A stretch of DNA of 59,708 nucleotides, counting the filler, from Sphacelaria rigidula (taxonomy: Eukaryota): the NCBI GenBank assembly GCA_964200075.2. It is 3 parts of 3 records of this genome, joined end to end, with 100 filler letters (N's around TTAATTAATTAA, not from the genome) between each part and the next. Parts side by side here need not be neighbours in the genome. Positions count along the whole stretch, not along the records: positions 1 to 19,837 come from CAXNAA020000601.1; positions 19,938 to 39,773 come from CAXNAA020000602.1; 1 more part is not named here. One strand, written 5' to 3'. Positions 13,301 to 25,822 of the stretch are shown here, in pieces. Numbering within the stretch: position 1 is the first letter of the stretch; each line of letters starts with the position of its first letter. The notes under the pieces were generated by a model. It did not search any database, was not told where the DNA came from, and saw nothing but the letters and a program-made list of their open reading frames with translations. A program made the translations under genes and the position numbers.

Positions 13301-14014
13301 CTATGTATCTGGCATGGGACCTGCGCAAAAGCACTCGTTGAGGTGCTGCTGTAGGCTCGTTTGCGACCGCCTTCCACCTGTGTTGCCAACCGGCCGCTGT
13401 TCGTCCGCAGGCTAAATTCGTGGGGGTAGATCTGTCCAAGGTTATGGTGGAGGTGGCCAGAGAGCGCTATCCCGAGGCAACATTTATCCAGGTGACCGAA
13501 TCCCACGGTGTTGTCGCAATGTGTGCGTTTGCGTACATGGTGCAATGGAGTGGCATATGCCACGTGAATCAAGGTTGGAATGCGTGCTCTTGTCGTTTCC
13601 GGAGATCTACTATCGGTGACCGTGTTACGCCCCACGATCTTCAGGCGTATAACGGGCTTTCGCTAATGACGCTCCCAGCTTCGAGTTCTTATATATCATT
13701 TTGTTGCGTGTGATTTATGAGGCAGACAAGCGTCGCGTCTCCCGTCTCAAACAGTCAACAAACACGCCGCTGCCGCTGCTGCTGCTGATGATGATGTTTT
13801 TTTCTGCCGTTTCTCGTACTTTGCATGCTTCCTGCGTGGGCACTGACTGCTGCCACGGACCGCCTCTTTTCGTATCGGGCAGGGAGATTTTCTCGACTAC
13901 ACAGACGACCATGATGCAAAGGGTGGATTCACTCACGTGTTTTTCAACGGCTGTCTCCACAACTTTCTTGAGCCGGGCGAGGCCTTGGCAAGGGCTGCTA
14001 ATATTTTAGCGGAG
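1308..14014 (+). CDS. Class I SAM-dependent methyltransferase with bipartite (signal + transit) plastid-targeting presequence; last exon(s) not identified
   Basis: Phase-consistent GT-AG exons: 1308-1533, 5332-5456, 6883-7032, 11314-11379, 11867-11937, 12546-12711, 13411-13491, 13883-14014. The joined protein has MTIGSASLACFVLLCLNISQHVDS/FGV (ASAFAP-like Phe at +1), a helical segment, motif I RVMDVGTGTGIL, post-I FVGVDLS, FIQGDF, FTHVFFNGCLHNF and ALARAANILAE. A candidate next acceptor lies at 17694/17695 (GG...) but is unconvincing. Confidence 0.85.
1722..2295 (+). ncRNA. Long intronic fold-back (about 575 nt); candidate miRNA/hairpin-RNA precursor or old MITE
   Basis: Outer arms 1722-1838 and 2178-2295, inner arms about 1921-2016 and 2043-2139, are reverse complements. 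Arm differences are mostly G:U-compatible on the + strand. Confidence 0.5.
2818..3030. repeat. 42-bp minisatellite array 1
   Basis: Tandem units like aaacaactaactgttcagaatcgtgtgcaactagttgtttcc, each with the palindrome CAACTAGTTG. Confidence 0.9.
3545..3935. repeat. 42-bp minisatellite array 2 (same family as 2818-3030)
   Basis: About 9 degenerate copies of the same unit, followed by a terminal segment similar to the one after array 1. Confidence 0.9.
5508..5609 (+). ncRNA. Intronic hairpin, pre-miRNA-like
   Basis: Perfect 20-bp stem agacaagaaatgtactgcgt (5526-5545) with acgcagtacatttcttgtct (5573-5592), extended by imperfect pairing. It starts about 50 nt after the exon-2 donor. Confidence 0.5.
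5735..5818 (+). mobile_element. tRNA-derived SINE head or tRNA pseudogene
   Basis: A-box-like GGTGGTCTGAA, B-box GGTTCGATTCC and a downstream T-run. No clean cloverleaf. Confidence 0.45.
5860..6050 (+). repeat. Dispersed repeat family A, copy 1
   Basis: Shares ccaatccgcga...tgcaaggcgtgta...gggagaga.gg.ttgatcccttgaga...cacgga.tcgttcc.aggaagggg with 8763-8980 and, reversed, with 52425-52572. Confidence 0.8.
6336..6520 (+). ncRNA. Intronic hairpin (185 nt), pre-miRNA-like
   Basis: Arms 6336-6425 and 6430-6520 around a 4-nt loop (ATGG). Mismatches in the long outer stem are G:U on + except one C:C. Confidence 0.6.
7141..7560. repeat. G-run-bounded dispersed element, long copy
   Basis: Both ends match the shorter copy at 45536-45677 (ctcatgat.atgc.tg.catagtcat and ccatt.gttgcttgcctt...cattgaccacgcat.cctttc.agacgg). 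A reversed fragment lies near 40848-40888. Confidence 0.7.
8763..8980 (+). repeat. Dispersed repeat family A, copy 2
   Basis: Aligns by eye with 5860-6050 and the reverse complement of 52425-52572. Confidence 0.8.
10021..10932. mobile_element. Putative non-autonomous element, long form
   Basis: Its left end (10021-10080) and right end (10833-10932) are found nearly adjacent in the short copy at 18318-18495. Confidence 0.6.
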
Positions 14015-17000
14015 GTGCGTGCGTCGTTCGTAGACCGTTTAACCAACATATTAAAGTAGCGAATGATAATTCCGTACATATATGTGCCTCAGTGGACGTG
14101 GTCATATGGTGTGGTAGCAAAGCAAGCGGCGAGCGAGCTTGCGATCCGGACTGATGAACCGCTACGGTAGGGATACTGCAGGGTTCACAGCAAGTCTCAA
14201 TGACTTCGTCATCACCATGTTTTTTACTGGTGTCAACATGAGACTCGACACATGAGTGCACTGCAGCCATTAGTATTTCACCATTGACATCATGGATCTG
14301 TTAAGCACGCGCGCTAATTACTCCGTTGTATTCGTGCGGACGATCTCTCGGATTATTTTGGGAGGCGCCAATTTTGCATACGTCGGAAAATAAAGAATGA
14401 TGTAAAACCATAGACATACATACATGAGGTGCCCATGGAAGACAAGCACGAGGGGAAATTTCGAATTCCAAGACGATCTCGAGCCACAGGGCTTTATTCT
14501 AGTAGCCTGCTGTTATCTGCTGCCGCGGTTGAGTGAGCAGGAGTTATGACCTATCCTTCATGCATTATGGATCATCATATTGTGTTGGCCGCTAACCTCA
14601 GATTCAGCACTGTGGCTGCATTTAACATGCGTGTGTTTTCATACTAGGATTGTTGTTCATGCGTAGGCTAATCGGGGCCTGCAACACTGCCTCAGTTTTG
14701 GTGTCGTTACTATCCTCAAACTATCCTAAAAAAAACTCGAATATTTTTGGTGTCCGCCTTTTCAATCTCAAACTCCCACATCTTCACACCGACCTTGCTC
14801 CTCCACCGAAAATAAAGATCCCTGGCCCCCTCTCTACGGGATGAGGGTTGAGTACGAGAGTGGTGAACGTGGTGTGAAACGAACCAGCAGGGTCACGATC
14901 CAATCGCGGTTTCGTGAGAAAGGGGTTGGTGAATCTCCCGATGTTGTCGGTGTGGGAGCATGACGTGTGTGTAGAAATGTCATGAATGTTTGGTGTGTAC
15001 TGTTTTGTTTGTTTGTTTTGTTTTGGATGAAATGAAACGTGGGTGGCGGCTTCTGTTCTTGAGTTCTGCAATCAACTATTGTGATATCATGGTCACATGG
15101 TGGACAGGTTTACAGACTGAAAAGAACACGGCTGCTGAGCGACATGAAAATTGAAAACAGCAATTACCGATACATTACTCCGCAGTGAGGTGTAAATACT
15201 GTGGCTGCAGTGTACGTCTCCTCACCCAAACATCCAGGTCCAGCAGACGATATTGTCGGAGTATAACAATAGTATGTCTCTGCCGGAGGACTCCTAACCC
15301 CCCACCCCTTCGAAATCACGTCCACCGCATGACCGACTGTAGTCTCGGGTCCTGAACGAGTTTAGAGATCCTTCGATTAATCGAATGTGCTATGAATGGC
15401 GCGAGCATACTGTTATTTTTTCTTCCTAGTTTTTATTGTGTCACATGTACCTTAATCACGAGGTTTGTTAGCACGACCGGGAGATGTAACCCCAACGTGT
15501 CAGGGAGCATCTGAAATATATATATGTATTTATATATACAAGCCGCACGGGACCCGGGGCTGCGCCCTGGTCCCGCCCGTCCTTTTCGAGGGTTTCGGTA
15601 TTCTTGCCTTCCTAAGCCCTCGTGAGAATAGACCCTCTCTCGAAATGTTCATGCCCGCCGGAAACATTGCAGGACCACCGCGATCGCGTGTCCGTTCGAA
15701 CGGTCGCGAACGCATGTGCACAAAGTACAGCACGAATCCGCTAACCGGGTCCCTAGCATTGGCATTGGCCCGCACAGCCATCTCCCGGGACGGGTGCGGA
15801 GAAGCTCGCACACTTAAATCAGCAATAAATCTCGTGAACGCCTCGTTACAAAGTATGCTTGACGCTCGTGAGTTCAAAATATTCTATATATACAAGGATC
15901 GGACGGGGCCGCCGATAGGCGGCCCCGTCCTCCACGATGGGCGTGAAAAGGAAGTGATTTAATGTGGGAGATGGTAAAGGCAAATGACTACTACCAAGAG
16001 GTTGAGCCAAAGATTGGATATCTGTATCGGTTATGAAACTAAGTTATATGTGATGAGTAGAAGATGGAAGATCCGGCAAGGGTGTAATGTTTGACCCGTT
16101 CGTTTTCGCATTTTTTTACCCTTTCAAACGGAACACTGTGATGCTAAAATAGACGGCCAGGACAGAGACAATAAAATCTAGCCCCAGAATTCACCGAACC
16201 GCGGCAGCAGTTGAATTCACCGAGAAAGAGACAAAGAAACGAAAAACTGCGACTTCAAAGTTCATCGAACTCCGAGAAATCGAAGCTAATAAACGAAGAA
16301 AAGCCTGAGAAAAAAGCGCCGCGCGGTAAGCTGCAATTTGTTTTGTTCTTGCTTACGCTCTCACTGATCGGACGGCTACGCTGTAAGGAAAACTGATAGG
16401 GTTACCGCCTCAACGTGAGTGTGTTGCATGTTTGCAGCCATCTCGAAAATTCGAAAAAGATAGATCTCCAAAATGTGACGAACAATTTCTCGAAAGGACA
16501 GCTCTGGAGCGTGAACGGTGAAAAAACAGTCGCCGTGTCCATCTAGAAAGTAGTTTTTGAACGTTCACTGACATTTCTCGAACCCTATACGCGAGGTGCA
16601 GCAGTCGAATCTCGGAAGGGTCTGAGCGACAGCAATTCGGACCGCCCCGTCTCCGACGTCTTCGTTGATGTCTAAGACACTCGCTTCTCTGATGTAGACC
16701 ACACTCTCGTGGCCTTCACCAGTCACGGGACCTGTCATCAATGAGCAGACCCAGACCTAGGTCGCTTCTGGTCCCTTCGTATCACTTTACGTCGGTGCGT
16801 CAGCATGTGGAAATATGATACCCTCAGACATTTTCTGTTGAGGAAAGCTCCGCCGCTTGTGTACACAGCCGCACAAGGAAGCCAAAGTAAAAAACATTGC
16901 ATTTACTGGAGCAGACAACATCATGGTGACCGAATTGTGCTCTCCTCTTCGTCTATGGTATTGATTGTATTGATACTGCCATGTTCGCCGTACCGCGTCT

Positions 17001-17147
17001 ACAGCCTCCGTCCACTGTGACTTGAGCTTGTACATTGGGAATACACGAACAAATGTCTCTCACACTCCACTCAACCCAGGGTCGGGCATGTGTCGTATCG
17101 ACACACGTTTCACTTGAAAATGCGTGCAAAACCCAGATGACCTAAAC

Positions 17148-17262
17148 GGGGTTCAGAGAGTTCAACTTTAGAGCCGGTTATTTGTAGAAAGAGGCGACCA
17201 CCCCAGGGTTCAGAGAGTTCAACTTTGGAGCCGGTTATCTGTAGAAAGTGACGACCATCTCC
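17148..17262. repeat. Tandem duplication of about 57 bp
   Basis: gggttcagagagttcaacttt.gagccggttat.tgtagaaag..gcgacca occurs twice. Confidence 0.85.
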
Positions 17263-18317
17263 AGTGACGATCTCCAGAGGAGTAATCCGATACTCGACGA
17301 TACCCACAGAAGAAGGGAGGAATGCTGCGGGCTCTGCGCTGTACTGTACTGATTGTACTGTGTTGTACGGTGCATTCCGGCTTTGTCTATTTACACAGAC
17401 AGCAGCCACCTCATGATGGGTCAATTGTGTTTGTATGGGCGATTTATTTACTTTAAAAATGAATCCTCACCGCAGCTCAAGGACGTTTTTTGCAACTGAA
17501 AGCAGGAAGGGATGGTGGTGTCGGAGAGTTTCGTGTAGTCTGATCCTTGGCGATGCCCATAGACAAACGGAACGAACGCAACGGGTGGGAGAAATATGAT
17601 AACACTGCACTGTAATGTAAAGCATTGCACTGCTGTAGTTTACTGTGCGTTTTCGATCGACTTTGTCTCGACCTATACAGACTGGCACCCCCAGGGCGGG
17701 TCATCTGTGTTGCATTGTCACAGTTTTGACGTGAAAATAAATGATGAACAGACCGTACCGGCGATGCAATGCATCAGGGGTGTGTGCGTGTCATGGGTGC
17801 AGATGGCCTTCTGCGTTTCTTTTCCCAACCGACCGGACGGCCCATTCGATTCTTCGCCGATCGACTGGGCGGATCATTCCCATCTCATTGGCTTGTGCGA
17901 TTTTCCGTCAAGAATATCCATGACACTCCTTGCAAGAAATTCCTATAATTTTTGGCCCCGATTAGCATCTCTAACAGTGACGCTCTTTTTGAGTTCTGGT
18001 GTTTCCAGTGTTCATTGAGTATCTGTGTAAATAATCAAATTTCCGTTTTACAAAATCAAAGTGTCAGAGCCACCATCAGAACTTCGCGCATGGCCTATTA
18101 CGCGCATACTTTGAGGCGCTGATAGCTTGGGTCGAAGGTCGAATCTCGCCCTCGTCGAAGGTGAACGAACGGTGATGGAAAAACATTGCACTATCTCATC
18201 AAGCTTTCAGGAATGAAAAACGTCGCAGGGTGATGTGGAGCTGAAGGGGTTTGTGAAGTGTACTATTTTCAGAGTCGGATGAATTACTCTTACTTACCCA
18301 TATATATATATATACTA

Positions 18318-18495
18318 CAAGGTTTCCCTTCGGGAGGTTGGTACGGGCCTCCCGGGGGTGACGCAAGTCGAAAGTGTAAAATATACTTCGAATGCCTTCT
18401 CGGTGCGCTGCAAAAGAAAGCGCGGGAAAAAATGCCTTGTTGGCAGAGAAAACTCGGCAAAAGTGGTGAAAAATGCGAAATGACACATGTACATG
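18318..18495. mobile_element. Short form of the 10021-10932 element
   Basis: caaggtt.ccttcggg..gttggtacg.gcctcccggg.gtgacgcaagtcgaaa is joined after about 20 nt to ccttctc.gtgcgctgcaaaagaaagcgcggg...acatgtacatg. Confidence 0.6.
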
Positions 18496-18641
18496 ATATA
18501 CATGGGTTGAATAAACAGAGAAAAAGCGCGCGAGTCATCGCTTCGTCCGCGACGATCGAGCAGGTATTTATTGCCCTCCGCGAAAAATAACGAGACGTGG
18601 ACAAACAAACACAACTGATGAGGGAGCCTCTATTTACATAG

Positions 18642-18947
18642 AACAATGTTTTCGTGAGATTGAGAGCTCTAGTAGTAGTAGAGGATACGATTGAGAGTGA
18701 GAAGCGGTCAATGAATGAATAAATCGTTTCAGTTCCGAAATACCCCTCCGCGAGACCCGATATGCTTTCTGTAGTAGCATGCCACTGACGCCCTTGGTAT
18801 CCCTGAGTAGGACACCGATGTGTAACTATCAGCACAAGCCAGTGACGGAGGCAAACAAAAGCACGCACGGAATAGGAAAACGGGCAAGTTAGATTGAACG
18901 ACCAAAGCCACTCTCGATCAGCGCTCTACTCTCAATCTCACGTTGTT
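18642..18947 (-). mobile_element. MITE-like element, uninterrupted copy of the host element at 52591-57041
   Basis: Terminal inverted repeats aacaa.gttttcgtgagattgagag and ctctcaatctcacg..ttgtt. The interior is the reverse complement of 52591-52683 plus 56838-57041. Confidence 0.8.
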
Positions 18948-19837
18948 ACAGGTCACGTACGACTTCGAATGCACACCTTTGGCCACAATTCACCCATCAT
19001 ATCATATACCCGCATTTTCCAATTTGATGATTGGTACTCGATTTTACTTGATTTCAGAATGAAGGAAGTTCTGAGAAAATCCATGATTTGGGGGAGGTGA
19101 GCAGTGATGAGCAGTAGACCCAGGTCGTCCAGAACGTGTTTTGGTCCAAAATCGGCTCAAAGGCGTCGTTTTGAACTCTCGAAAGGCGTCTATTCGAGCT
19201 CTCGCAACGCACGCTTTTACTTAGGGCCTCCATTATCGTCAAATGAAAAAAATGGGAGGAGGTCTGAATTTCCGGCAATAGCCTAGGGCTCATTATTATC
19301 TAAATTTACTGTTGCTGTTAGATATCTCATTACTGATGGTGCTGATCTCGTCGTTTGCTTGTCTTCGCCGGCAAAATAAAGGACAGGGTTATGCTACCTG
19401 CCGTGTATGGCGTTCATAACTGTGGCGAAGATATTTTTCACAACCTCACTGTGACACGGGGGAGCAGTCGGACAGGCTAGGGCGTGATCGACTGGCTCTC
19501 TCAGGATGCTGCAGGAGCACACATGAGTAAAAATACCGACGGTAGAAAGCCCCGTGCATAGATTGCAGCATGCTTGCTCTCTGTGAGTTGTATGCACAGA
19601 TACACCAAATAAAAACCCCAGCTATATAATTTTCAGACGGTGCAGTAGCGTACACTCGAAGCAGCACTGCAGGCAAGTAGGTAGTTACTGGATTGTTTCT
19701 GCTCTTCACTTAGAAAGTGCGTTCGTCTGCAAACGACGACCACCGTGCTTGACCCCAACAGCTCCAACACCGCTGCCGGAGCACACACGGTCTAAGGAAA
19801 TAGACACTGCCAACCAGCGGTGCTTTTTACCGTCGGT

Positions 19838-19937
19838 NNNNNNNNNNNNNNNNNNNNNNNNNNNNNNNNNNNNNNNNNNNNTTAATTAATTAANNNNNNN
19901 NNNNNNNNNNNNNNNNNNNNNNNNNNNNNNNNNNNNN
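19838..19937. other. Artificial contig spacer
   Basis: 44 N + TTAATTAATTAA (stops in all six frames) + 44 N. Confidence 0.97.
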
Positions 19938-19961
19938 CTACCGCTACTGCTACTGCTACTG

Positions 19962-20025
<64 letters not shown>

Positions 20026-20071
20026 CAACACTACTACTACTACTATTAGTGGTACTTCTACCGCAACTACC

Positions 20072-20110
<39 letters not shown>

Positions 20111-20135
20111 GCTACTACTACTACCACCACCACCA

Positions 20136-20175
<40 letters not shown>

Positions 20176-20210
20176 CACTACCAGTAATACTTCTTCAACT
20201 ACTACCACTT
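19938..20210. repeat. (CTA)n/(CCA)n microsatellite at contig end
   Basis: Direct reading. Confidence 0.95.
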
Positions 20211-20245
20211 CAACGAAGCCCTATTTTCTACTCCTAGATTCGTAC

Positions 20246-23147
20246 CTCCTCTACCCTGAGACTCCTCTTGTGCAGTTCCGCCATCCGCTGCTCGTTGTCG
20301 ACAACCCTCTGCATTTCCTTCTCCTGCCTCTCCGCGATCATGATGGCTCGCTTTCTTTCCTGCACACCGCGAGATGAAAAATGAGCCTCATCAACTTTGC
20401 TACGACGTGAAGAAATGTGCATTTCTCAGGACATGAGTCCTCCATTCGTCCGCATCGGATTTTCGCGAGTTGGTGGGCTCCTGTCGCAAATTTTCAAAAA
20501 CATTGGTATAGTACAGTTGTGAGAGAAAAGCAGACCGTTGTTGACTACCCTGCATCCTGGTAATGTCCCCGACCGTGCCCGCACAGTATGCGAAAGCACA
20601 TGATCCATCAACCAGCAGGGAAAGCACTTAGTCGGAACAACGCTGCCAAACGATGGTGGCGTCTTTGGGCGACGGTTTCACCGTCGTCTTCCCCATCGAA
20701 GAGATCGAACTAAAAGCGTCCACCACCTGGTGGGCATCATCCCCCACCAGGTGAGTACCACCCTCTGTAGTCCATGGTGCCAATGCCAGAGCTGCTTCTA
20801 CTCCTACACTCAAAATGTTCCCGGTCACACAGATCTGTTTTGCACACAGAGGTACCCCGAAAGCGGGGGTTTCACAATGTAGACCCCGCACCCCACTAGC
20901 TCAATCCATGCAGATCGTATATATTCCACATCGGACCAGCTGAAGGGTTGTGTGTCTACGCAACACTGGAATATAGCATTATTCGAGATACCAGATCCAG
21001 ATTGTTGGTTCCTTCTTAGACCCATTTCTGACCTACATTGCAGGCATCAACACCTGTTCGGTGTTCGGTCCTTCCCGATCAACACCTTCTGCAATTTGGC
21101 CCCTCCGCCAAGGAGACCCCCGCAACGTCACCAACTCAACAAACCGTCGACGCCATTTGTCAAGCACGATTTATCTAGACCTTTGACCTGTGTAAGGTTG
21201 TATGACCGAGCAGGAATTTCATTGCAGCTGCGCTCACATACCACTTCGAGAATGCCGGCCCTGAGCTTCCTAGCCGCTGCCTCTGCATCCGCTGGGGTTG
21301 TCACTGGTCCTCCGAGGCTGCCGCTTCCGCCCTGGGTCAACGACACGAACGCAATCAATCGATTGGTTGGGTGAATGACCTATTCATCGCTCGCTTCACA
21401 CGCATTGACCGGTTCCGAGTCTGGCGGCTGTCACGAAGACAGATGTAGCGAGGGTGGTATACTGCATCAATAAACGTACTGGATAAACATACCGTCCAGC
21501 GGTGATGCAGAAGGACGAGAAACCAAAAGAGACAGAGAGAGAGGAAGAGGAAGTGAACGAATAAACATTAGAAAACAATAGCTCACGCCCTGCGACGCGC
21601 GCGATTTGGTTTAGTGCCCGATGTTCACTTGTGCGTCAAAGCATTAACTGCACAACCATGGCAACAGTCATGCCTTCTGACATCAAGGCAAGACAGTGCC
21701 ACACATCCCCAGGGTTCTCCCGCGAATCGCAAACGAGTGCAAAGAGTACTAGTGTTCTAACGCCTGCGAAAGGGAACGGCACACGCGTCCTTGACCGGCC
21801 GAGGGCGTTTCGGCGGCATAATTTTTTCTCAAGAGAAAACAAGCCCCTTGCAACCGCTCAACATACCCCCACGAGCGCGTTTCGAAGATGACCTCGGCCT
21901 CACTCTCAAATCCACGCCGCACAGCTGGAGAACCTGAACCTATCCGAACACCAAAAGCTTTCGCCAAGACCTTCCCAACAGCAACTTGTACGTTGGCATT
22001 CTGCTGAGTGTTGAAAAATGGGTATTTGCCGCTGCGAAGTACCTAGAATACGCCGTACATACGGCAATCCCCGGGCTGTCTCCTTTCTGCGTATCATCAT
22101 GTTTTACTCTCCCATTCCTCGTTTCTCTTCCGATATTTGGTCCTTCGAGGGGTACCATTGAGGATAGTTTTGCTCCCAGAGTTCTTCACGTGGGCCGCGG
22201 GTGGAATACCAGTACATGGGCGTGCAGCAGAGTAGCTGGGAGAAGCGCAAGCAGGTAGGATCATCGTTATATCAAGGGAGCCACAGGACAAGACACAGAC
22301 ATAATTTGCCAATTGCTGCTACACCGGCCGCAACGCCGTACGTGTAACCTTGACAAACGTGGCCTACCATCAATCACAAAGCTCTTGTGAGCGTGGTCGT
22401 CAGTAGAAATTTCCTACGCGACGCCAGAAGGCACCTCCTTTGTTTTGGGGCAGGGCAACAACTGTATCTTTCCTTCAGACATCACCGCAATATTGCTAAA
22501 TTTTACTGCTTCAAAAGAGCTAGTGTAGGGTCATGCGACGATAGAACCGCCGTGAGAGCGTGGCAAAACTGAAAAGCCCTACCCCCGCGGATGTGCGCGC
22601 TGTCTTGCTCACACTCTGTACCTCCTGGGTACTCTTTTAATTGTAGTTAAATAGTTCCGGCGGAGAAGAATGATGTTTCGGCTGGTGCCATCGGTCTATG
22701 GATCAGCCCTGACCCGTTTCCCTCCTACTCGGGGTTGAAAAAATCCTCATTATTATTGTTGCTACTGTTCTTATAATTCTCATTACTAGTACTACTATCA
22801 TATTATACTACTAATATTATTATTTAGTTTCAGTTTATCATTTTATGGTTATGATTATGATTATTATTGTTATGATGATGGTTATTGTTATTATTTATTG
22901 TTATTATAATTATGATTATTTTATTTTCATATGTTATGATTATGATTATTATGATTATTATTGTTATTGTTATTATTATTATTGTTAGTATTACTATTAC
23001 TAGTACTATTACTATTATTAATGTCATTATTAATATTATTATTACTATTATTATCAATATTATTACTATTATTACTATTACTACTACTAGTAGTAGTAGT
23101 AGTAGTAGTAGTAGTAATAATATTGATAATAATAGTAATAGTAGTAT

Positions 23148-23182
<35 letters not shown>

Positions 23183-25822
23183 TTATTCAGTGGCGATGAG
23201 CATTTTCCCATCGTCGCAAGATGCCATACCTTGGCGACCGCCGGGAGTGCTGACTTTTGTTGCGCAAGGAAGTTGATGATTGCCCGCCTCTCCTTCTTGA
23301 CAGCCTCGACTTTCTCTGGAACCAAAACCGCCACAGGCCCACGCGGGAAAATGCAAACGCGACAGTCACACGTCAGGTTGCTGTCCAAAATGCTGGCCGT
23401 GCACAACACCTTGCCTGTCACACCTTCATTAACCGTGCCATATCTGAACCGTCCTTTCCTGTGGATTTTGAAGCGGAATATGTTAGTGCTTGTTTTCCCT
23501 GCAGAATGACTAACTGTACCAGCTTTTTCATATAACAAGCGGTCGGCGAGGACTACTGCTGGTACAGAATGCTCCCTGCACAAGACGCCACAAGCAGCAT
23601 ACGCGCCACAAGCACCGGATACAAGAAATGAATGTTTTCTCCGGCCGTAGAAGCAAGCTAGGTCGGAAGTACAGGAGAATAAATTAGACGTTGACATTTT
23701 GTCATGTCAAAGACCAGCGACTCAAACAATGACCCCCGTCTTCCCCAGTTTGTTCTCTCAACACACTTTCCACGGGGGAGCTGTTGATACTCGCATCTAG
23801 TAGAAATATTGACCGCAGCTCACACTCAAACGAACGGCGAATGAGGTATCGTTGGATGCAAGGGTTCCACCCAAGACGATTTCCTCTGTAAATCACCTTC
23901 AACATTCAAATCAAAGCGGTCCACCCAAAGCGTAAGGAAGCCCAATTTTCTGCGATCGGCCTGCGGGAAACCTAACTCGACGGAATGATGGTGTCTGGCG
24001 TGGTTTTCAAAGGCAACGGACACGTTATATCCAACGTGTGCAGTACTTTTTAATTGATTGGTTTTTGATTGATTGTAGCTCTTGCACTGACCCCCTACGG
24101 GTCCAGCCGTGGTCTCAGGATAGACGTACCCGAGAAAAAAAAAACTGAAAAACACTCGCTAAAGAGAAGAAGGAACAGAAAAATAAAAATAAAAAGTCGA
24201 ACAGAACGACATAGTAGACTGAGACTTAACAAAAAAGAATGATAAAAAAAATCAACAAAAGCAAAGCACAGAGAGAAATAGCCGTACTAGATTTGTTTTC
24301 AAATGTTCTCTTTCTGGACATACTTTCAGATATTAATATATGCCGTAACGTGCGCACGGTTTGCATTTGCTATGAACCGTGCGTGCAAAGTTGGTTATTT
24401 GACTGTACCTCTTCTGCTCATGTAGACCGTTTGTTGTATAGTGTCTCTTGTTCTTCAGGTACAGTGTACGATTTTCTGTATGTAACACACATATTCTGAG
24501 CATTTGATCGACCAGATCCACTGTAATGCTGCAGGGCACATACTGCGCATACCCTTTCACTTTATATCCACATGCCATGTACCGTTTATGTGAGGTGCGG
24601 TGTTTCTCTTCTACCGCTTACGCGTGTCTGTCGCACGACGCCGACGTGTACAGCATGCTGTACCTTTTCTGCGCGTTTCGAAGAAATGCTGTACCTCTTC
24701 TGCGCGTTTCGAAGAAAAGTTGTACCTTTTCTACGCGTTTCGAAGAAGTTATGCCTGATCTCGGTGAGTTCTGGGAGCTCTCCTCGAACAGCGAAGGACT
24801 TCGGCTTCCTATCAAAGGTAACAAAAGAGACGTTGAACACGTTGCGGTATTACTGCGGTGGAATAGATATTAAAAAATGTGACGACTACACGTGAAAACA
24901 GCTATGATTTTCCTGTTTAAGTTCTAAACTAAAGAACGCGACGCTTACGGCCTTACTTTGGAAACATCGATCAATGTACAATGATGATTGTGCCTCCAGA
25001 GCAATAGATGAGCGCTGCGTATTTCCGACTGGATCAGCGTTGGTTCTGAACGTTTGTTGATAATCTTGGAGCACGGCTGGTGTGTTTTGAGTGTCTCCCA
25101 TTTTCGGCTCCCGGTTCATTACCGTTTGATAATTTGGATTGCACTCAGCCCGCGCAACTGCCACAGACCGGAGTGGCAGCACATTTTCCCCCGTTCGCCT
25201 GTTTGTGAAACACTGAGGAGCACCAGTACCATCATATTTTTAGTGGCTCCTTCCACAGTAAGATACTCCCAATCATGCTTCCTTTTTTTTTCTCAGAGCG
25301 TGTTTCAGTTTCGTTTTTCTTGGGTGCGTCTGTCATGAGACCACGGCTGTACCCCCGGGGGGTCAGTAAAAGTGCGACAATCAACCAATCAACCATTCAA
25401 TCATGCCACGGTCCACAAGGTGGAGGTTGTCAATATGTCTCCTGTGTGGTGGCTGTTGCTCGTCAATGATCACACCAAATTTTCGACGGCGGTGGAGAAA
25501 CCGTTGGCGACGCCTCCTTCGAGAATGACGGTGCTATCTAGCGGGAAGGTTCCCCGAAACGTTTCGTCTACCGGACGTTGACTTGTACATGAAGTATGAT
25601 TTTCTAATCGGCAAGCTAGTTAAAAATTAACCACGCACACAGCACCTGCACGTTAGAGGTAGAATCCTTCACAAAAGTGATGCGGTCAGTTCACCTCGGC
25701 ATGAGCTCTTGGGGGTCCCAGCCTGAACGGAGACATGCCTCGAGAGACCGAGGGCTGCTAATTGGCTCTGCTTTCCCATCTTCTCCCTCAAAATTCACCA
25801 CCGACTTAATGTGGCTCTCCAT
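20246..25822 (-). CDS. Coiled-coil protein of unknown function, first five exons; truncated by the contig end
   Basis: Phase-consistent exons 25822-25695, 24808-24726, 23315-23230, 21331-21242, 20359-20246 give MESHIKSVVNFEGEDGKAEPISSPRSLEACLRSGWDPQELMPRKPKSFAVRGELPELTEIRHNFFETRRKEKVEAVKKERRAIINFL...AGILEVERKRAIMIAERQEKEMQRVVDNEQRMAELHKRSLRVEE, an E/K/R-rich helical sequence. Confidence 0.85.
22745..23187. repeat. AT-rich (ATT)n/(TAG)n compound microsatellite (intronic)
   Basis: Direct reading. Confidence 0.95.
24655..24747. repeat. 3 x 31-bp tandem repeat spanning an exon end and splice donor
   Basis: Units 24655-24685, 24686-24716 and 24717-24747 (atgctgtaccttttctgcgcgtttcgaagaa). Confidence 0.9.

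Noticed and set aside
19882-23509. Poly-Val/Leu/Ile/Asn ORFs
   Set aside because: Translations of trinucleotide microsatellites.
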